DNA of 64,000 bases, from contig JAUCBJ010000162.1 in assembly GCA_032718475.1 (NCBI GenBank), positions 1-64,000 of the forward strand. Reading direction: 5' to 3'. The translations under genes were made by a program, and so were the position numbers. This stretch comes from Nemertoderma westbladi. Its lineage: Eukaryota > Animalia > Xenacoelomorpha. Below, one piece after another: positions 22,337-35,500 of this stretch. Each line of letters starts with the position of its first letter. The first letter of the stretch is position 1. The notes beneath the pieces were generated by a model. The model worked only from the letters and a program-made list of their open reading frames with translations, searched no databases and had not been told where the DNA came from.

Positions 22337-23142
22337 TTAAAATGTGTACTTTACTGTATCTTGCCATGAAACTCTACCAGGTCCACTAAAATAGTGTCGA
22401 AGTTTGTCTCTGATGTTTTGTGCAGAGTCTGAGTTACGATTTCCCCCTTGACAAACTAAACTTTGTAAGTTACTCTCATGCTCTCTGCTACCTGGTTCTT
22501 CGAGGCTATGGCTACTATCCGACTCGATGTTAGAAGGTATGTACGCAATAACCTTCTCACGCAGCAAGTTGTGTAATACACAACAACACCATATTATTTT
22601 TTCTGTCTTTTCTGGGCTGAGGAGTATTTTACTCTGAAATACTTGAAATCGAGCTGCCATTATGCCGAACGCGTTTTCAGATGTTCTCCGGGCTCTGCTC
22701 AGCCTATAGTTAAAGATGCGATGCTCATCAGTTAACATTAATCTGTTACTATAGGGCTTCATAATATTTTCTTTCAACGGAAAAGCATCATCTGCAACTA
22801 TTACGTAAGGTATGGGCATTGCCTCTGGTAGATCATGAGGTAGAACGGATTCCTTGGGTAAGTTCAATTTTCCATTTTCTAAAGCTTTGGAAATATCGGA
22901 TTGACTAAATATTCCACCATCATTCATTCTTCCATTGTAGGGAAATTCCTATATGCTCCTAGATCATATACTTGTAGTTCAGCCATTAAATTATTATAAG
23001 CTCCCTGTTGTTTGCGGTTTTGAAACCATTCTTGTTGCCAAATTGCACGGATTTTTCTCCTCATACGTCTGCGTCTTAGCAGAATACGTATTGATAAAGC
23101 ACACGCCAAGATTTTGCTTCTATCACCTCTACTACCATCCAT
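22337..23142 (-). pseudogene. Harbinger (HARBI1-like) DDE transposase with central deletion
   Basis: N-terminal piece (RRRRMRRKIRAIWQQEW...GAYNNLMAEL...YRNF) abuts the C-terminal piece (DGGIF, VADDAFPL, FNYRLSRARRTSENAFG, LHN) out of frame; the GxIDG region is missing. Confidence 0.85.
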
Positions 23143-24302
23143 TTAAAAGATCTTGTAATTGTTATTTTAATATATCTTAATATCTTATTGTGCACTTTTT
23201 TGAATAAATAAAATATAACTTTAAAATATTGGGGCGGATCGGGGTAATGACTCGCGGTATCATAAGAAAATCCCACTATACCGTAGGGCTATTTCGTGGC
23301 ATCATGTGTAAAAACACAAACATTCTAGAATAAATAATATCAGTTATCCTCAAGGTGTTATTTAAAAGTCGTCGAAGTACTAAATATTTTGGGGATGTGT
23401 AATTCAATTTGCACTAGTGAGGAGATCTCATAATCAATACTATTTAATTTATCTATATAATTAATTCTAGAATATAAAATGGCAAGCTCATTGCGGCTGC
23501 TCGCCGCGGCCGCCCGCCGCTGCCGCCCGCCGCTGCCGCTCGCCGCTCCTCTGGTGTATCATACCAAAAGTGGCCGCTCACTGCGGCCGCTCGCCGCGGC
23601 CGCCCGCCGCTGCCGCTCGCCGCTCCTGTGGTGTATCATGGCCTTTAATTAGCGTCTGACAGCTCAATGTAAATTTTATTCATTCCCCAATGAATCGCAG
23701 CATATTGTGCATTTAAATAAATTATTCTGGAACATTATTACTAATTTTTTATTTACTCTTCCATACTGTTTCATTTGTTTGGCCTGTGTTTTGCAAATTA
23801 ACGTATAATTTCAATGAATAAATATAAGATCCACAAAATATATTTTTAAAGAAAAATTTGGGAAGTTTTTAACAAAGTAATATAAAATCCAAAAGCTGTG
23901 GTTCGGATTGATTGCGAAGTGTAGTATAATTGATTGTACACCGTATGTATGTACTTAGTTGTTTATTGTTTACATTATATTCAGCCGTCCTGTAACCTCA
24001 GTTATTGGAATTGAAATTCAAAGTGAGATATAACCAAAGGTTATTGGATTACAAATGTTTTATGCCTTATTCGGATTATAAAGAAATTATCGCCAATATT
24101 TGCACTTACTTACACTCTTTATTAAACTAGGAATCTGACGGTTTAAACCATGATCAATGGAATTCTAGAAACTTATTTATACCTAAAAGTTAATGTAAAA
24201 TAAATATTCTAGAAGTCCATGCTTAGAAGTAGCATCTAGTTGTGTACTGCAACTAAATAAAGCCCAATAAACCAAAATTAATAACCACCACAACCCACTG
24301 AG

Positions 24303-26099
24303 TCACAATTTATATTTCACTGAGTTTTTATTGCTAGTTGACCCTTTTCTCCTCTTCAGTTCAGCCTGTCTCTGTTTTATCTGTGACGATACCTGATCCT
24401 GAAGCTGATTAAAAAACGATGTTGAACTGAACCGACTTTTCGTTCTTTCGACTTTGCCTTTAAGTTTTTCCGTGCCCCTCTGCCCCCCTCCCGTCCCACC
24501 ACGCCCCCCTCCCGTTCCCTTCACCACCCCCAGCCTCTCCAACGCTTGCGTCCTTCTGCTCCGATCCACGGCCCGTCTCCGACGCAGCGCTTTCAGTCTC
24601 CGATGATCGCGGTGTTTCTCGTCCCGCGTCCGTTCGCCGTGTCCCGTCGTACCTCGCGAGGGTTTCGCGATGTCCTGTGGTGCCAGCAGTGCCTGGTCGC
24701 TGGTCGCGGTCGGCAGCGCCTCCTCCACCGACACGGCGGGCGCGTTGGCGACGATGCGAACCTCCGGCCGAGACGGTCGAGGTGCGAACGTGAAGTTGGA
24801 CAACGCGTCGAGTTTAACGAACAACGAGTCGATGGATTCCCGGATCGCCACTCGTGCCGGGTCTTCCGCCTCTATTCGATCCACCTCCATTTGCTTCAGA
24901 TATTCCGTCTCGTAAATTTCAGCCAAACTCGCTTTGCTCTTCTCCGAGTCCAAAACCAGTTTACTTTTAAATTCAGAAGCGTCTTCTTTTGGTTTAACTT
25001 TCCGTTGGACGTCGTCGAAGTTCGCGTCCCGGATCCGCTGTACGATAAGTTTCTCGAGATCCACTGCCTCATCCTCGCCTACGTCCGGCGGCGCTGATTG
25101 GTTGAACTCGAGGTATTCCTCGAGCAGTGCGTTCTCAGGACGACGACTGGCCGCCGCCTCCCCCGACATCTGCCACGACTTGGGGTCCAGACTACGCGCC
25201 TCCAACTCCTCCACGGTGTGTCGCATCGCGGCCCGTCGTCGCTCGTGGCTCGACGAGATCGGTTCATCGTAAGCCGGCTCGTGGAACCGCCCTTCCCTAC
25301 CCTTCTTAATGAGTTCACTTGGGTCTTCGCCGTAGTCGACCTCCACGGATTTTGATGCGAAGCGAACCTTTTTATTTTCGGCTCGGAAGAAATCGTTGTA
25401 TCGTGCTCGTTTCCCAGACAACTCGTCCGATTCCGAACCCAGGTCATCGAATAAATCGACATCGTTGTCCGAAGTCTCTTCGGCCCCTTTTAATTCCCGA
25501 TTATCTTCTTTTATTAAGAAATTCTCCATATCATCAAGGGAAAAAAACTCATCGTCAACTATTGATTTCCCTCTTCTATTTGGCAAAACGTCGTCGATTT
25601 GAACTCTAACATCACTGTCGTTATCTCCATCTTCGACTGCGGAATCGTAACTCATGTCGTCATTGTTGCTATCTTTACTAGGATCATCGCCGTCTTGGAT
25701 GTTGTCGCCATCAGTTTCTACATCATCGTTGTCTACATCCTCCATTTCCCCCTCCTCTCGGTACTTCTCAGACAACTTCGGGAGCGTTTTCTCCATCTCC
25801 TGTAGCAATTCATCGTTGTGTAAATCTAACTGCTGCCATATCTGTTCGATATCAAATCCCTTGACCATCAACTCTTTCAACGACTTACTCTTGCTGCCAC
25901 TTGTTACGGATGAATTTAGACTCGAATCTGAATCTATTTGTGACTTTAATACGTCGTACAATGTTTTTGAAATACTAATAAAAACATTCGATCTTGATTG
26001 CGATGGAAGTAAGAATTCAGTAATATCCTTTGTAACACCATGGAAAGTATCCCTTACGGATTGCAAATCTTGTAAATCAATGTCATTATTGTCATTCAT
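24303..26099 (-). CDS. MPHOSPH10: U3 snoRNP protein MPP10, intronless
   Basis: 598 aa; FDIEQIWQQL, SIVDDEFFSL.DME.FL, KSWQMSGEA...RPENALLEE.LEF, FDDV.RK, SLAEIYE.EYLK, LF.KLDALSNF.F.P, S..FF.QLQDQV, C-terminal KYKL. Confidence 0.93.
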   Translation of the reverse strand: MNDNNDIDLQDLQSVRDTFHGVTKDITEFLLPSQSRSNVFISISKTLYDVLKSQIDSDSSLNSSVTSGSKSKSLKELMVKGFDIEQIWQQLDLHNDELLQEMEKTLPKLSEKYREEGEMEDVDNDDVETDGDNIQDGDDPSKDSNNDDMSYDSAVEDGDNDSDVRVQIDDVLPNRRGKSIVDDEFFSLDDMENFLIKEDNRELKGAEETSDNDVDLFDDLGSESDELSGKRARYNDFFRAENKKVRFASKSVEVDYGEDPSELIKKGREGRFHEPAYDEPISSSHERRRAAMRHTVEELEARSLDPKSWQMSGEAAASRRPENALLEEYLEFNQSAPPDVGEDEAVDLEKLIVQRIRDANFDDVQRKVKPKEDASEFKSKLVLDSEKSKASLAEIYETEYLKQMEVDRIEAEDPARVAIRESIDSLFVKLDALSNFTFAPRPSRPEVRIVANAPAVSVEEALPTATSDQALLAPQDIAKPSRGTTGHGERTRDEKHRDHRRLKALRRRRAVDRSRRTQALERLGVVKGTGGGRGGTGGGQRGTEKLKGKVERTKSRFSSTSFFNQLQDQVSSQIKQRQAELKRRKGSTSNKNSVKYKL

Positions 26100-27019
26100 G
26101 ATATGTGCTTAAGTGTAAAATATCCTTGTTTCAATCCAATCACCCAGTCCTCAATAATAATTATAATATTAATAATAATACAGTCCAATAATAGTGTAGG
26201 CAGGCTAGTACTGTAGTACCGGTAACCGGTATGCTATGAATGGATAATATTATATGATTTTCTTACATCCTAGATTACAAATGTGCAAGTGTGGCCTTGA
26301 GCGTTGGCGTCCAAGGACAGAAGGAAAACATCAAAAACTCTAGAAAATTAATGGCCATATATTACTGTATTACAGAATTAAGATTCAGTGATGAGGAAGT
26401 CATGACTTAGGCAGTTAGGGAATATCTGTTGTAACTGGTACTGTTGAGCTGTTGTATTTGTATTCCCTTCTGCTTCTGTGCTTTCTTCAGCTAGTGCTTG
26501 TTACAGTTTAAAATTCCCTCCTTTTTATTCACTGCTAATAAATAAGCAATTGTTATTACTTTCCTGTAGTACTGTGTACTACAGTATGTAGAAGATATAC
26601 TGTAGGTATTAACAATTAATTAATGATAGCGCATTTTCTCTTCTACTTTCACTTTTTAAATACTCTGGGGCGATCCACGAAAGTAAAGCGATCTTAGCAT
26701 ACGAGTACCACTATCTTAACCTCATCTCTGTCTGTTGGTCGGACTGTCTGTCTGAGGAAGTCAGTCGGTATCGTGTAAATCAAATTAAAATAATGATATA
26801 TAATTAATAAAATATACGACTATTTATTTACTTTAATACAACTAATAATTTTTACGGATGAGAATAAATGAAATGCGGAGGAACTAACATTATTACGTAT
26901 TCTGTACATGAATTAATAACGTATCAATCGAACCCACGAGTTCCGAAGAGTTGTGAATTCAACAGATTTAACCACCACACCAGGGTGGTATTTAGAATCC
27001 TTTACAGCCATATCGATAA

Positions 27020-28200
27020 AATTGGGCAACTCCCTATCACTCATGACTCATCTGCATCTTCAAGGCCAGTGACATATAAGAGGCGTCACAAGAAAGTCAC
27101 GGGCTGTACACCATGCTCATTCTCTCCATGGAGCTGCCAATTCAGAGGATCGTGCATCGACTGGTCCTCTCGGCGAGAGCAATGTCCTGCAAAGCGGAGG
27201 TGGATCAGTTACATTGTGGTGATAAGCTCATGGTACTATTGAGACAACTCAAATACTGTACAGAGACTTGTTGGAGATGTTTGCTTTATACGTGACACAG
27301 TGAAATCGACGTAGCATTCTTGTGAATGTGCCATCCAGAGATTTGGTGTCCTCAGCAGTTAGAGCCCAGTTGGAACTACTGCTACTATAAATAATCAGAC
27401 CCTAAGATTCCGATGAATTCTGTGTGACTTTCAAATCCTGGAAAGCCAATTCATTGCTGTCCATGCCTTCCTCTTTCGTATTCGAAGGTTCTCATCTGAC
27501 TTCCGGATCCATGATACTAGGTACTGTAGCCATCAACATGCTCAAGCACACCATTCATATATATCTTATGCTCCTCATACGATCAGATATTTCCTGGGGA
27601 CTGTCGAAATCAACTTTCAAAATTTTGGTTTTCTTGGAGTTAACGAAAAGACCAACATTAGAGGCTCTAATGAAGATCTAATGAGATTCTAATGAACTGA
27701 GGGGCCGTTGGGCTCCCTCTAGGGATTCTGAGAGTACTCCTACCCTAAGTCGTAATCATCAGTAAAATATAGATCATTAAGGTTTTTGGCTGGATTTCCT
27801 CTACCAGAGCCAGTAGGAGGTGTTACCATCACCCCCATGTTCAATACAATAGGGTGAACAGAAACTTTCATGGTTTCCGTATATCAGTCACTCAACGAGA
27901 TCCCTGTTAAGATTTAGTACCGGTACTGTAGCATTTTATTGTATAGCCTTGTGGTAATCGAGATCATCGATATTCCATGAAAATATCCGAAGAGTGTCAG
28001 ATTTCCATTCACAGGAACTGGCATCATCATTCTGGAGCGCTTCTGTTTTTTTCTGCAATGATCTATGATGATTGGTTGAATGAGCTCCAAACACTCTGGT
28101 ACTTTAAAGACCTCAGGGTGGGGCGGCGGGCAGGCTCTACTGTACTCCACTGACACGATTGGTCTATAATGCTCTTTGCTTCAATTTTAACTTTGACAAA
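27020..28200 (-). pseudogene. Degenerate RTE LINE fragment (same family as 8862-12595)
   Basis: Colinear similarity to the 3' half of the RTE (e.g. CATTCTTGTGAATGTGCCATC, PEVFKVPECLELI) with many indels and stops. Confidence 0.8.
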
Positions 28201-28293
28201 GGATATGTAACACACAAGGATACGCAACACACTGTAGAGATTAATTCCGTTGTATATTTGATTTGCTTTACATATTCTTCTTGTTTTTCATAG

Positions 28294-28502
28294 GTTTATT
28301 TTGATATGAATTTCAACACAAGAGGTGATTTTCTCGAAGAACACCGGCGTGTGCTGGATGTGAGAATTCAACCTGTTATTCGAGAGATCACAGACAGCAG
28401 GGCAAGGACTCGAGAAGAGTTGGAGGGGCTTTATAGAAAGATAATATCCGCCATATTGCTTAGAAGCGGTCTCGGATCTCCTACTGATATTTCTGTGGTC
28501 AG
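28294..28502 (+). CDS. CFAP206: CFAP206 internal exon A
   Basis: ag|VYFDMNFNTRGDFLEEHRRVL...LYRKIISAILLRSGLGSPTDISVVR|gtagga; matches the remembered CFAP206/C6orf165 sequence. More 5' exons were not found. Confidence 0.9.
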
Positions 28503-29316
28503 GTAGGAATACATTTTCATTAGAAATCACGAATATTTTATATTTCCCTCTAAATTCGGGTTTATCTCAAGTTCACTTTCAAACATGTCTGTTGAGGTTA
28601 CCTGCTTGGGGCTTGTTACCAGTCCCAGATAAATATATGAAAGTTATAATTTTAAAATAATTTGTACAGCAACATGTGAACGGATTCAATAAAGTGATAG
28701 TAACAAGTAATAATTTGGTCAAATAAAAGTGGCGATAACAAATGAATGAATTTGTCAAGTAAGCTGTTTTGTTAGCAAGTGAATGGGTTAAGTACAGTAC
28801 GAGTACATTCGTGGAGATAGTTACTTACTGTACGTTGAATATAGCCTACTTATCTTGCATTTTACTCAATTTTGACTCAGTATTTTTTATTTATTTGAAT
28901 TTAATAATTTAACAAAAGTTTTAAAATGTGTTATTAATATGTCTGTTTTATTAACCACAATAGAATTTATTTCAAATCCAATTATTTTATATATAGGCTT
29001 AATTTAAGCTCCATAATCATAATTAATTATAATTATTAATTATATATTTTTTAAGGTTTTTAAGTTTGATTTCGTCTTTAATCCATACATTTATATAGTC
29101 AAGCAATAATAATTAATGGTAACTGAAATCCGGTGCTAGTTAGGCATTATTACTTTCAGTTTTATAATGAATTGTTAATTTATGTGTTATTCTGTTTGTG
29201 CCGGTACAATAAGCTTCTGCTTTATTTATCTTAACAGTAAACGAACTTGCTAAGGCCCGTTATTTTGCAGCAATACTTAAATCGTTTACTTTCTTTCCAA
29301 TTATGTGTCATTATAG

Positions 29317-29439
29317 GGAAGCAGCTGCTGCGTTACAAAGTATATTCCCCCAAACAGAGTTAGGAACGTTTCTTACACTTACAAAAAGGGACAAGGAAAG
29401 GCAACTCCAGGAACTTAGTCTTATAGTAACTGGTATTCG
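29317..29439 (+). CDS. CFAP206: CFAP206 internal exon B (too short for the ORF track)
   Basis: ttatag|G EAAAALQSIFPQTELGTFLTLTKRDKERQLQELSLIVTGIR|gtaagt; phase 2-2, continuous with neighbours. Confidence 0.9.
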
Positions 29440-30117
29440 GTAAGTTTATTTCTGTTGTCATAGTTACTTACTGCTACTGGTATTACATACTTTGTTATAA
29501 TAGAACATCTGGTCCGCTAAACGGATTCTTATAGATAGGGGTTGTAGACGGTCTCACTACCCTGGTGTCGTCGCCTAACCACTCCTAGATCAGTGAGCAT
29601 GAGTTAGGGAACAGTCCCTGTCGAGGGTTTATTATGAAGGAACGTGGTAAGCGTCTGAGAAGTTCTGATGAAGTACAGTAATAAATGAACTAATAAATAA
29701 CACAAATGTAATAGGTACAATAAATACAGTAGTACTGTATCGTATAATGATTACATCATCTGGTTTTCGGTAAGTACTGTATATTTCCGTTGTTAGCTTG
29801 TCACGTAGTAACTGGCTTTCTGTAAGCTTATTTATGTTGTCATATGTAGTTAATGTATTGTAGTTTTGCTGGTTTACTTTGTTATATTGCAACGTGGTAT
29901 ACTCTATGATCATATACTGACTGTAACAGGCAACACATAGCATAGCATTGGCAACACCTTGTTCTAGTAATACTGTAAATCCTGTACCGGAAATCAGTAA
30001 ATTTATTTAAGGTGTCATAGTAACTCATACAGTGTGCGTTTTTAGGTTGTTATGATTGCCGATATTTGGTCTTTGTTCTCCATAATACATACAATACAGT
30101 CTTTGTCTTTTTCATAG

Positions 30118-30283
30118 ATTGTTTAATAAGGATTGCGGCAAAGGCGGAGAGGGAATTGACGATTTACCAGCTATTCTTAATGAAGCCGTTCCTGCAACCA
30201 ATAACAACATGGACATTGCTATCAATAGCTCACGATCTACGTCTTACAAATATACTGCTCTTATTAAAGATATCGTCGATAAG
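30118..30283 (+). CDS. CFAP206: CFAP206 internal exon C
   Basis: catag|A LFNKDCGKGGEGIDDLPAILNEAVPAT...YKYTALIKDIVDK|gttagt. Confidence 0.9.
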
Positions 30284-30957
30284 GTTAGTAGAACACCTAG
30301 TCCTCAGTGTAGTACTCAAAGTTGAAACTTAAATTATAAAAAGTCGACGTTACAATACATATTTACTCCATATCCCGGAATATAGTGTCGTTGCTTTCAT
30401 TATTTACTGTACCTACAACCCTTAAGAGGGTCTATCCGTCGATATTGTTCCAAGAAGAATTAATCACGATATTTATCGAAGGATAAAGGCCAAGTTTGTG
30501 ATAAATATACAGAAACAAATAAAAGCAGCATAAAAATGATACACCATCCACTAGCCGAAATTTATTGTAATGATATTTTCTGTTGATACGGACCACTCCC
30601 ATATTTTTCTACAAATATTTATCATACAGTATTGTATATTACTTGAAATTTGAAACAAAACTGTTCAACACAATGTGAATAAACAGCCGGAGCCATAATT
30701 TTAAATTTTGACTATATGTTTTATGTAAGCTTTTTAAAAGTGTCTTTCTGAAATTATAGGCCTACCCATCCTATCGCCGGTATTCTCCACATTAGCTGCG
30801 ATGTAGTCCTATATACTGTATATCATTAGAAAGTTCGGAGATCATTAGTTGCATGGATTCTAAATATGTAACAATATCTGAGTTTATGGTTTGGAAACAC
30901 CTGAGATATTGTTATATATAACCTTTTTTTGGGCACAGCTTTGCAAAGTCGGCAATG

Positions 30958-31028
30958 ACGTCCAGGGGGGATCGAACTGGTGACCTCCGGGGTGGAAGTG
31001 TGACGCTCTAACCACTCAGCTAGCGGCT
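30958..31028 (-). repeat. tRNA-derived SINE head or tRNA pseudogene
   Basis: Minus strand has A-box TAGCTGAGTGGTTAGAGCG and B-box-like AGTTCGATCC at tRNA spacing, but the acceptor stem does not pair. Confidence 0.5.
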
Positions 31029-32594
31029 GAGGTAAGAGTAGACCTGGAAATACTATCTGATACCTTTATTGTATGTCCGCAATTTACGTCCTCGTGGTAT
31101 CTGTCAATACCATAATCTGCTACCACTGTGCTCCATCCTACTGTACTAGGACGTCTTTAACCACTCGCTACAATGAAAGGGTAGTGTATATTAACCGTGG
31201 GCCATCAAGGCCAATGATAAACTATACACTCTAGCTACTAATTTAGGCAGGACAGTTACACCCATAGATAAATGCGACAGGTATATATATATTTTATAAA
31301 AATGAGAAATGTGCGTCAAAAATGCAAGAATTATTGTTCGCTGGAATCCAATTATTATATTTAATAATAATAAATACACAACATTCTTGAACATGTTTTT
31401 TATCGCATGATAATGAAATAAGGAAGAAGTTACAGTATAATGCTTATGGTACCCGTATCAAACAAATAAATAATGACACCAATTATGAAACCGACAACTG
31501 TAAGTACTTAAATGGGAAAGAAATCGAAATGATGCCGTTCGTGGCGTATCCATGGAATTTAAGACAACATCTAAAATCGGTGACAACAGTCAGCCACAGT
31601 TACGGTCTGCCGTACAGATAGCAGCATACAGTACATCACAGTCTGATAGTACTTTCTGACTTTAGTAGGCCCTCTACCAAACCAAGTACCGCTACCAGAG
31701 TCAGAGAGTACTAGTACTGTACATGACTGCCTGGCTACACAACCAGCTATCAAATGCCTGCCAAAAACGGCAGTCAATGGGGCAGGAATACCGACCGGTT
31801 TGATTAATTGTTAATTAATTAAATTAACAAATTAAAACAAAAGCATGCATAACAATTTTATTCCAGCGAATAATGGATTTAAACTAAATGCCAGACAGCC
31901 AGAATGCCAAAGTGCCTTTGGGGAACTGAAGGATTCATACTGTCATACGTTAATACCAACTACAGTTCTGCCTGTCAGCAGTTCCCCAAAAAGACTCAGG
32001 CAAAGTAAAAGGTTTGCAAGTAATTTGAGCAAAATCAATTCACACACTCAAAAGTTATTGCAATTATCGTCAGATATTCAGTGTCTGCAAGGCGTAGCAC
32101 GTACTGACGAAGGTCTGTAGGTTAGGTACCGGTAGGCCTACTCCAGTCAGCCAGTACTCAAATTAGATAACGGAACTAATTATGTAGTTAAGCGGCTCTC
32201 TACACTTTAGATACCAGATACCGGTACGTGATACCGGTACTGTAACTGTGTAATGTAATACTAATGCCGGGTCCCCTACGTTATAAATATTCCATATTCG
32301 AGAACACTATCTGACTATTCGATTTATGGCTGTCTGAGTGTCCGGCCTGACGCGTAGGTACAGCCCCTTTTTTTTTAAGGAAGTTTCTAACCTGCGAATG
32401 CTAACTGACGACCTGACCTACCTACCGACTAGTGACTAGTAGCAGAGTAGTTATCAGTTATACAGACTGAGTAATATTTTTACGAATACGGTAGGCTACC
32501 GGCTGACCGGTACCTGCACTGATTACAGTACGTGATATTTCGGTGGATATTGTTGAAGGACCTGACTATAATTAAATTCAATACATCCGTTTCG

Positions 32595-35500
32595 ATGGAT
32601 CCCGGCTCTGTAGGCCAGGACAGCAGCCCAGCTCGTCCAGGCAGTTCTGGAGAGCGAATTTCTCTATTGTCAGACACTGGTGATGATTTCGGTCTGGAAC
32701 TCATCCCGGGCGAGTCGATAAAACGACCTGTTGACACGGGTGTTTCTTATCTATGTCCGTATTCCAGGCCCAGTCGCCCCATGGCACCGGCCGGGATAAA
32801 AGGCACCTTGTTGGTGACCAATTACCGACTGGTCTTTATCGCAAATAACAGCAATGAGCTTCCAGAAAAGGTGGAGGTCGCCCTAGCCGCTATTCATCGT
32901 CTCGATAAGGTCGGGAGTCAGACGACCCGAAGAGAAATATACGGAATCGAGATCTTCTGTAAAGATATGCGGAATCTGAGGTTCTCCATGAATCAAGAGA
33001 ATCGTTCCCGTAAGGGCATCTACGATAAACTGCAGTCGCACGCGTTCCAGATGAGTAACAATCTTCCTTTGTTCGCATTCGAGAACAAGGAGATTAGTAA
33101 GGAGGCTGACGTTGGTTGGGAGGTCTACAATGCGGAGCACGAGCTAGCGAGATTGGGCGTCCCAAACGAGAATTGGAAGTTGTACAGCAACGCGTCGTAC
33201 CAGCTGTGCGATACCTACCCTGCGTTGCTCGCTGTCCCTCATAAACTGGGCGACGACGAATTGCGTCGCGTCGCCGAATTCCGATCCCGTGCGCGGATTC
33301 CCGTGCTCTCATGGAAACACCCGAGCACCGAGGCTGTAATTATGCGTTGCGCGCAACCATTAGTCGGTTTGGCGGGGCGACGGTGCAAGGAGGATGAGAA
33401 CTACATTCAGGAGGTGGTCAACCTTAATGCGAACGCCAACAAGGTTTACATCCTCGATGCCCGTCCAAACATGAATGCGACCGCTAATAAAACCAAAGGC
33501 GGTGGATTCGAAGAGAGTAGCTCTTACGCGAATATTGAGTTATACTTCTTCCATATCCACAACATTCATGTGATGAGGGAAAGTTTGCGGAAACTAAAAG
33601 ACGTTGTGTTTCCCGTCATAGATGATTCCAGGTGGTTGTCCAATATCGAATCTACTCAGTGGTTGGATCATATCAAACAGGTGAGTCCAGTCAGTGGTTG
33701 GATCATATTAAACAGGTGAGTCCACTCAGGAGTGGTTGGATCATATCTAACAGGTGAGTCCACTCAGTGGTTGGATCATATCAAACAGGTGTGTCCACTC
33801 AGTAGTGGTTGGATCATATCAAACAGGTGAGTCCAGTGGTTAGATCATATCAAACAGGTGAGTCCAGTCAGTGGTTGGATCATATCAAACAGGTGTGTCC
33901 ACTCAGTAGTGGTTGGATCATATCAAACAGGTGAGTCCACTCATTAGTGGTTGGATCATATCAAACAGGTGAGTCCACTCAGTAGGGGTTGGATCATATC
34001 AAACAGGTGAGTCCACTCAGTAGTGGTTGGATCTTATCAAACAGGTGAGTCCACTCAGTAGTGGTTGGATCATATCAAACAGGTGAGTCCACTCAGTAGT
34101 GGTTGGATCATATCAAACAGGTGAGTCCACTCAGTAGTGGTTGGATCATATCAAACAGGTGAGTCCAGTGGTTAGAGCATATCAAACAGGTGAGTCCACT
34201 CAGTAGTGGTTGGATCATATCAAACAGGTGAGTCCACTCAGTAGTGGTTGGATCATATCAAACAGGTGAGTCCACTCAGTAGTGGTTGGATCATATCAAA
34301 CAGGTGAGTCCACTCAGTAATGGTTGGATCATATCAAACAGGTGAGTCCAGTGGTTGGATCATATCAAACAGGTGAGTCCACTCAGTAGTGGTTGGATCA
34401 TATCAAACAGGTGAGTCCAGTGGTTGGATCATATCAAACAGGTGAGTCCACTCAGTAGTGGTTGGATCATATCAAACAGGTGAGTCCACTCAGTAGGGGT
34501 TGGATCATATCAAACAGGTGAGTCCAGTGGTTGGATCATATCAAACAGGTGAGTCCAGTCAGTGGTTGGATCATATCAAACAGGTGAGTCCAGTGGTTGG
34601 ATCATATCAAACAGGTGAGTCCACTCAGTAGTGGTTGGATCATATCAAACAGGTGAGTCCAGTGGTTGGATCATATCAAACAGGTGAGTCCAGTGGTTGG
34701 ATCATATCAAACAGGTGAGTCCACTCAGTAGTGGTTGGATCATATCAAACAGGTGAGTCCAGTGGTTGGATCATATCAAACAGGTGAGTCCAGTCAGTGG
34801 TTGGATCATATCAAACAGGTGAGTCCAGTGGTTGGATCATATCAAACAGGTGAGTCCACTCAGTAGTGGTTGGATCATATCAAACAGGTGAGTCCACTCA
34901 GTAGGGGTTGGATCATATCAAACAGGTGAGTCCAGTGGTTGGATCATATCAAACAGGTGAGTCCAGTGGTTGGATCATATCAAACAGGTGAGTCCACTCA
35001 GTAGTGGTTGGATCATATCAAACAGGTGTGTCCACTCAGTAGTGGTTGGATCATATCAAACAGGTGAGTCCACTCATTAGTGGTTGGATCATATCAAACA
35101 GGTGAGTCCAGTGGTTGGATCATATCAAACAGGTGAGTCCAGTCAGTGGTTGGATCACATCAAACAGGTGAGTCCACTCAGTAGGCCTAGTGGTTGGATC
35201 ATATCAAACAGGTGAGTCCAATGGTTGGATCATATCAAACAGGTGAGTCCACTCAGTAGTGGTTGGATCATATCAAACAGGTGAGTCCAGTGGTTGGATC
35301 ATATCAAACAGGTGAGTCCAGTCAGTGGTTGGATCACATCAAACAGGTGAGTCCAGTGGTTGGATCATATCAAACAGGTGAGTCCACTCAGTAGTGTTTG
35401 GATCATATCAAACAGGTGAGTCCACTCAGTAGTGGTTGGATCATATCAAACAGGTGAGTCCAGTGGTTGGATCATATCAAACAGGTGAGTCCAGTGGTTG

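Larger units (their letters stand above)
20121..23645. mobile_element. PIF/Harbinger DNA transposon, internally deleted transposase
   Basis: TIR AAGGCCATGATACACCACAGGAGCGGCGAGCGGCAGCGGC at both ends, TA (TAA/TTA) flanks, GCCGC-rich subterminal repeats, convergent MADF gene and DDE transposase remnant. Confidence 0.92.

Noticed and set aside
24546-26112. Multiple plus-strand ORFs overlapping MPP10
   Set aside because: Antisense shadows of a GC-rich coding region; no motifs.
1-28293. 5' exons of CFAP206 (expected VKAVVLDP and LDTIKMQ-like motifs)
   Set aside because: Not found by eye; they may be short, diverged or outside the window, so none are annotated.
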